Assembly (NCBI GenBank): GCA_002633005.1
Contig: NMRA01000367.1
Coordinates: forward strand, 147,457 to 211,456
From: Phoronis australis
Lineage: Eukaryota > Animalia > Phoronida
Length of the DNA: 64,000 bases
Direction of reading: 5' to 3'
Position 1 is the first letter of the stretch. Each line of letters opens with the position of its first letter. Made by a program: the position numbers and the translations under genes. Below are positions 62,327-64,000 of the stretch, one piece after another. The notes under the pieces are model-generated. The model saw only the letters and a list, made by a program, of their open reading frames with translations. It was not told the origin of the DNA and made no database searches.

Positions 62327-62977
62327 CCCTCTCTCTCTCTCTCTTCAATCGTTCTAAACACAACACGGTTTATCAGTGGTATTTTTATGTAGAGGAATAT
62401 AAAGTGCTTTTTAATTTTACTGCGACTAACATCTCTGCCGTATGACTACTACTTTTAGGTTACATCTGGATGTTCTATAACATGTTTACTGTGCGAAAGC
62501 CACACCTCGAACCCATCCCAAGTCCAGCTTTGAATGACGGCCGATGGCATATCGTCACCATTCGTATTCATGACAACAGCGTGACGGTGTCTGTGGACGG
62601 GAGCACGACAAGCAGGTTGATAAACATGTCCAGTCCTCACTTCAAGTGGTTTGACGGGAAACTGGTTATGGGAAATGACTCAAGGTGAGTTAAGGTCTAA
62701 CTTGGAGGACAAAAACTCCACACTGTATAAATTTAGTGACTATATTCAAAACGTTGTGACTTTCAACAGCAATTAGTTGCGTTGGAAACGAAGCACCACA
62801 TTGTTTGATCTGATGAACTTTTTTATTGTTTGTGCCAGGAGTGTTGGTCCTGGATTCAGTGGTCGACTCCTCGGAGTTCGATTAAACAACCGCTATGTGG
62901 AGATGGCTAACTACACGAAAGATGGCGTTAAACTGGTGTCGGGATTTGAAAACGACTTCTTTTCGTCACAGACAACG
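43016..62977 (+). CDS. Axotactin-like / neurexin-Caspr superfamily protein (SP-LamG-EGF-LamG-LamG-EGF-fibrinogen-like-LamG), 3' end unresolved
   Basis: 17 GT-AG exons, all phases consistent (3015 nt, 1005 codons): 43016-43322, 44313-44480, 45352-45615, 45877-45968, 46462-46619, 52028-52176, 52475-52785, 55118-55230, 55380-55480, 56211-56426, 56560-56788, 57050-57148, 57361-57494, 61444-61578, 61873-62046, 62459-62684, 62839-62977. LamG motifs (DNQWH, NDSLWH, DRKWH, NDGRWH, FVGC), two EGF repeats, Caspr-type fibrinogen-like region (SCHDYY...VYCDM...CRQYIEFKC...CNCD...LPIT...TLGPVVC). Confidence 0.88.
44313..44480 (+). CDS. Axotactin-like exon 2 (LamG1)
   Basis: GLHDNQWHTIEL...ITDG...YRVVI; ttcAG / GTttgt. 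Confidence 0.85.
44545..44680. mobile_element. Short MITE (TIR gttcagta-cgctaggacct); second copy inverted at 50760-50855
   Basis: gttcagtagacgctaggacct ... aggtcctagcgttactgaac; internal tctcgcgaactcttgctttttagcg matches the reverse of 50780-50810. Confidence 0.7.
45045..45287. repeat. Minisatellite, 36-bp unit x~7
   Basis: tattcaatcgcttagcactgttaacactgtgtctaa. Confidence 0.95.
45352..45615 (+). CDS. Axotactin-like exon 3 (end of LamG1 and EGF1)
   Basis: HFVGCIKDI...CYDACSQGNLCKNGGKCVNLYTSTICQCRGTGYDGDICEEP; tatAG / GTgagt. Confidence 0.9.
45877..45968 (+). CDS. Axotactin-like exon 4 (LamG2)
   Basis: VVISLHITGWISYD...WSIEFK; tgcAG / GTaaca. Confidence 0.8.
46462..46619 (+). CDS. Axotactin-like exon 5 (LamG2)
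   Basis: TDRASCALFYQGG...DFISAALLDGRVHYNMSLDG...SVNDS; ttcAG / GTaagt. Confidence 0.87.
46643..49799. mobile_element. Non-autonomous DNA transposon, TIR CAGGMCCGTAGGAAG, probable 5-bp TSD
   Basis: AAGTT|caggaccgtaggaag ... cttcctacgggcctg|AAGCT; G/C-run subtermini; n joins near both ends. Confidence 0.65.
48959..49186. mobile_element. MITE with CATGYGCGCAC TIR and 5-bp TSD, copy 1
   Basis: CACGG|catgcgcgcacc ... ggtgcgtgcatg|CACGG. Confidence 0.85.
52028..52176 (+). CDS. Axotactin-like exon 6 (LamG2)
   Basis: WHTLTIYHHSGTINVTLD...LNGPFHVGRFDG; cacAG / GTaaag. Confidence 0.87.
52475..52785 (+). CDS. Axotactin-like exon 7 (end of LamG2, start of LamG3)
   Basis: HNFVGCLRRVYHN...YTCQNGVPIPVSFTSHLGSYLEL...LSFSFWFTSFQEQSLI; atcAG / GTataa. 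Confidence 0.87.
54277..54514. repeat. Minisatellite, 39-bp unit x6
   Basis: gttattctcttcataactcatgggcctggttatataaaa. Confidence 0.95.
54774..55025. mobile_element. Short MITE-like element
   Basis: ggggtccgttccgagaacactgact ... agtcagtttcttggaacatgtctc imperfect TIRs. Confidence 0.5.
55118..55230 (+). CDS. Axotactin-like exon 8 (LamG3)
   Basis: LRRHGGQVEAIVYGTKITVGNGDSDRKWHHIEFSAVN; ggcAG / GTaact. Confidence 0.85.
55380..55480 (+). CDS. Axotactin-like exon 9 (LamG3)
   Basis: VIHLSLDGQYNNSATIQHDLRFGGSLVIGRIKY; tttAG / GTaatt. Confidence 0.85.
55586..55736. repeat. Minisatellite, 18-bp unit x~8
   Basis: ggtaatactccttaccct. Confidence 0.95.
56211..56426 (+). CDS. Axotactin-like exon 10 (end of LamG3 and EGF2)
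   Basis: GFIGCIQDLRL...CTCENGGKCTSTWKDSSCDCRGTAFEGLRCER; tttAG / GTatgg. Confidence 0.9.
56560..56788 (+). CDS. Axotactin-like exon 11 (fibrinogen-like domain)
   Basis: KYKRSCHDYYAAGDKISGHRVIDV...KVYCDM...ATIVYHN...VNY; tttAG / GTaaga. Confidence 0.88.
57050..57148 (+). CDS. Axotactin-like exon 12
   Basis: HEPGTLRLLEQMIRQSSACRQYIEFKCTETPL; tccAG / GTacgt. Confidence 0.85.
57361..57494 (+). CDS. Axotactin-like exon 13
   Basis: LGRSTLMRSG...GHCPCAADRDCVRQDVSCNCDV; ctcAG / GTaagg. Confidence 0.87.
57676..57935. mobile_element. MITE with CATGYGCGCAC TIR and 5-bp TSD, copy 2
   Basis: GTATG|catgtgcgcacccag ... ctgggtgtgcgcatg|GTATG. Confidence 0.87.
58466..58889. repeat. Minisatellite, 42-bp unit x~10
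   Basis: aatagacatacacgtatataatcctacaaattcctcctcact. Confidence 0.95.
60664..60922. mobile_element. MITE with CATGYGCGCAC TIR, copy 3
   Basis: catgcgcgcacaca ... tgtgtgcgcgcatg; flanks TAGGA / GGGGA (degraded TSD); internal similarity to copies 1 and 2. Confidence 0.8.
61444..61578 (+). CDS. Axotactin-like exon 14
   Basis: LSSTQFDYGYITNSSFLPITAMEF...VTLGPVVCMSN; tgcAG / GTatgt. Confidence 0.87.
61873..62046 (+). CDS. Axotactin-like exon 15 (LamG4)
   Basis: DALDFGDVHSNYIELPTWKSREFEFSFSTNQSDGLLM...FFQLELLS; tcaAG / GTcagt. Confidence 0.87.
62077..62344. repeat. (CT)n/(CCCTCT)n microsatellite, represented twice around an n join
   Basis: CT-rich tracts at 62077-62191 and 62283-62344. Confidence 0.9.
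62459..62684 (+). CDS. Axotactin-like exon 16 (LamG4)
   Basis: GYIWMFYN...LNDGRWHIVTIRIHDNSVTVSVDG...FDGKLVMGNDS; tttAG / GTgagt. Confidence 0.88.
62839..62977 (+). CDS. Axotactin-like exon 17 (end of LamG4)
   Basis: SVGPGFSGRLLGVRLNNRYVEM...; gccAG acceptor; donor GTttgt at 62978 is tentative. Confidence 0.72.
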
Positions 62978-63849
62978 GTTTGTGGATACAGTATTATAGT
63001 TAACGACTTTCCAAACAAATATTTCTGAAAGACATATAATGACTCTAGTAATGTTGAGATAAACTTGGTCTATTAATTCATAACTGAAATTTTCAGTTGC
63101 AATTACCAAGTTCAATTTTGCCTATCAACATTGAGATTGTAACCACCAAATCAACAGTTTATTACCGGTATAACGCAGGTGACACCGACGACATAGCGCT
63201 GTTTATACACAAGAATAGCCAAGTAACTGTGACGTTACAAGCATGCACGTGCATTGAAAGTGAACATGTGAACGTCCGTTTTGTGGCACGTGCTTCCAAT
63301 GGTTAACTTGAGCAACAGCAGCTTATAGCTGCGCATCTCCATGTTCTCGTAAAAAGTCGACAATTATACTTACATGTCTACCAACTTGATTTTTACATTT
63401 TTTGCAGAAACAAGAATTTAACACGTCCATGTTTCTTGGTTACAAACTTGAAATTTCGGAAATCGTTCATGATGACGAGGCTGACGAGAAGACGCCTCCG
63501 TCGCCGATTGACTTTGACATAAGTAAGTCGAGACTTTTCTGAAACAGTGATAAGTTGCGGTAAAAAGATAACTGAGTTTAGGACGACCTTGGAGGAACAC
63601 GTTCAACGTCAAAATGCTGCTTTCACTCTATCGTTATATTTCAGTCATATATTTACCCGAAAATCTGAAACTAAGTTTCATACATGGGCATCACTCAGCT
63701 GTTGTGCGACAGGGTGAAGAGGACGATATGTTTACCAAGTTCATAAATGTCTTCTCAGAGTGTAACAAGAACGTGAGGCTGAGGGGAGGGGTTAACTAAC
63801 CGGGCTTTATGTGCCAATATTTCTCATGTCCCACATGACCTAACAGATG

Positions 63850-64000
63850 CATAGCTATGTTTATCGTTACAGTGCTGATCGTCATTCCCATGGTGGTCAT
63901 AGCTATGTTTATCGTTACAGTGCTGATCGTCATTCCCATGGTGGTCATAGCTATGTTTATCGTTACAGTGCTGATCGTCATTCCCATGCTGGTCATAGCT
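63850..64000. repeat. Minisatellite, 48-bp unit x3+, runs off window
   Basis: catagctatgtttatcgttacagtgctgatcgtcattcccatggtggt. Confidence 0.93.

Noticed and set aside
62130-62432. Duplicated CT tract plus ~90 bp unique sequence
   Set aside because: Identical copies on either side of the n at 62282; likely an assembly artefact.

Overview
Intron-rich animal genomic DNA from an invertebrate (a lophotrochozoan such as a mollusc is plausible but cannot be proven here), with several single-n assembly joins. Three protein-coding genes lie on the + strand. (1) The terminal coding exon of TMEM53 (3019-3670). (2) PPWD1, the spliceosomal WD40 plus cyclophilin protein: 14 coding exons traced by hand from 7407 to the stop at 28096; its first coding exon was not found in the window. 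(3) A divergent axotactin/neurexin-superfamily gene (signal peptide-LamG-EGF-LamG-LamG-EGF-fibrinogen-like-LamG): 17 in-phase exons from ATG 43016 to at least 62977, 3' end unresolved. Introns and the 28-43 kb intergenic region hold many transposons: a decayed Academ element with intact TIRs and TSD, an I-group LINE interrupted by a TTAA-inserting Kolobok-like element, an L1/Tx1 fragment, pogo/mariner-like MITEs and a recurrent 5-bp-TSD MITE family. There are also many unrelated minisatellites, several abutting or containing splice signals. No CRISPR array, rRNA or prokaryotic features. The most notable open question is whether TMEM53 and PPWD1 are interleaved or share a first exon.
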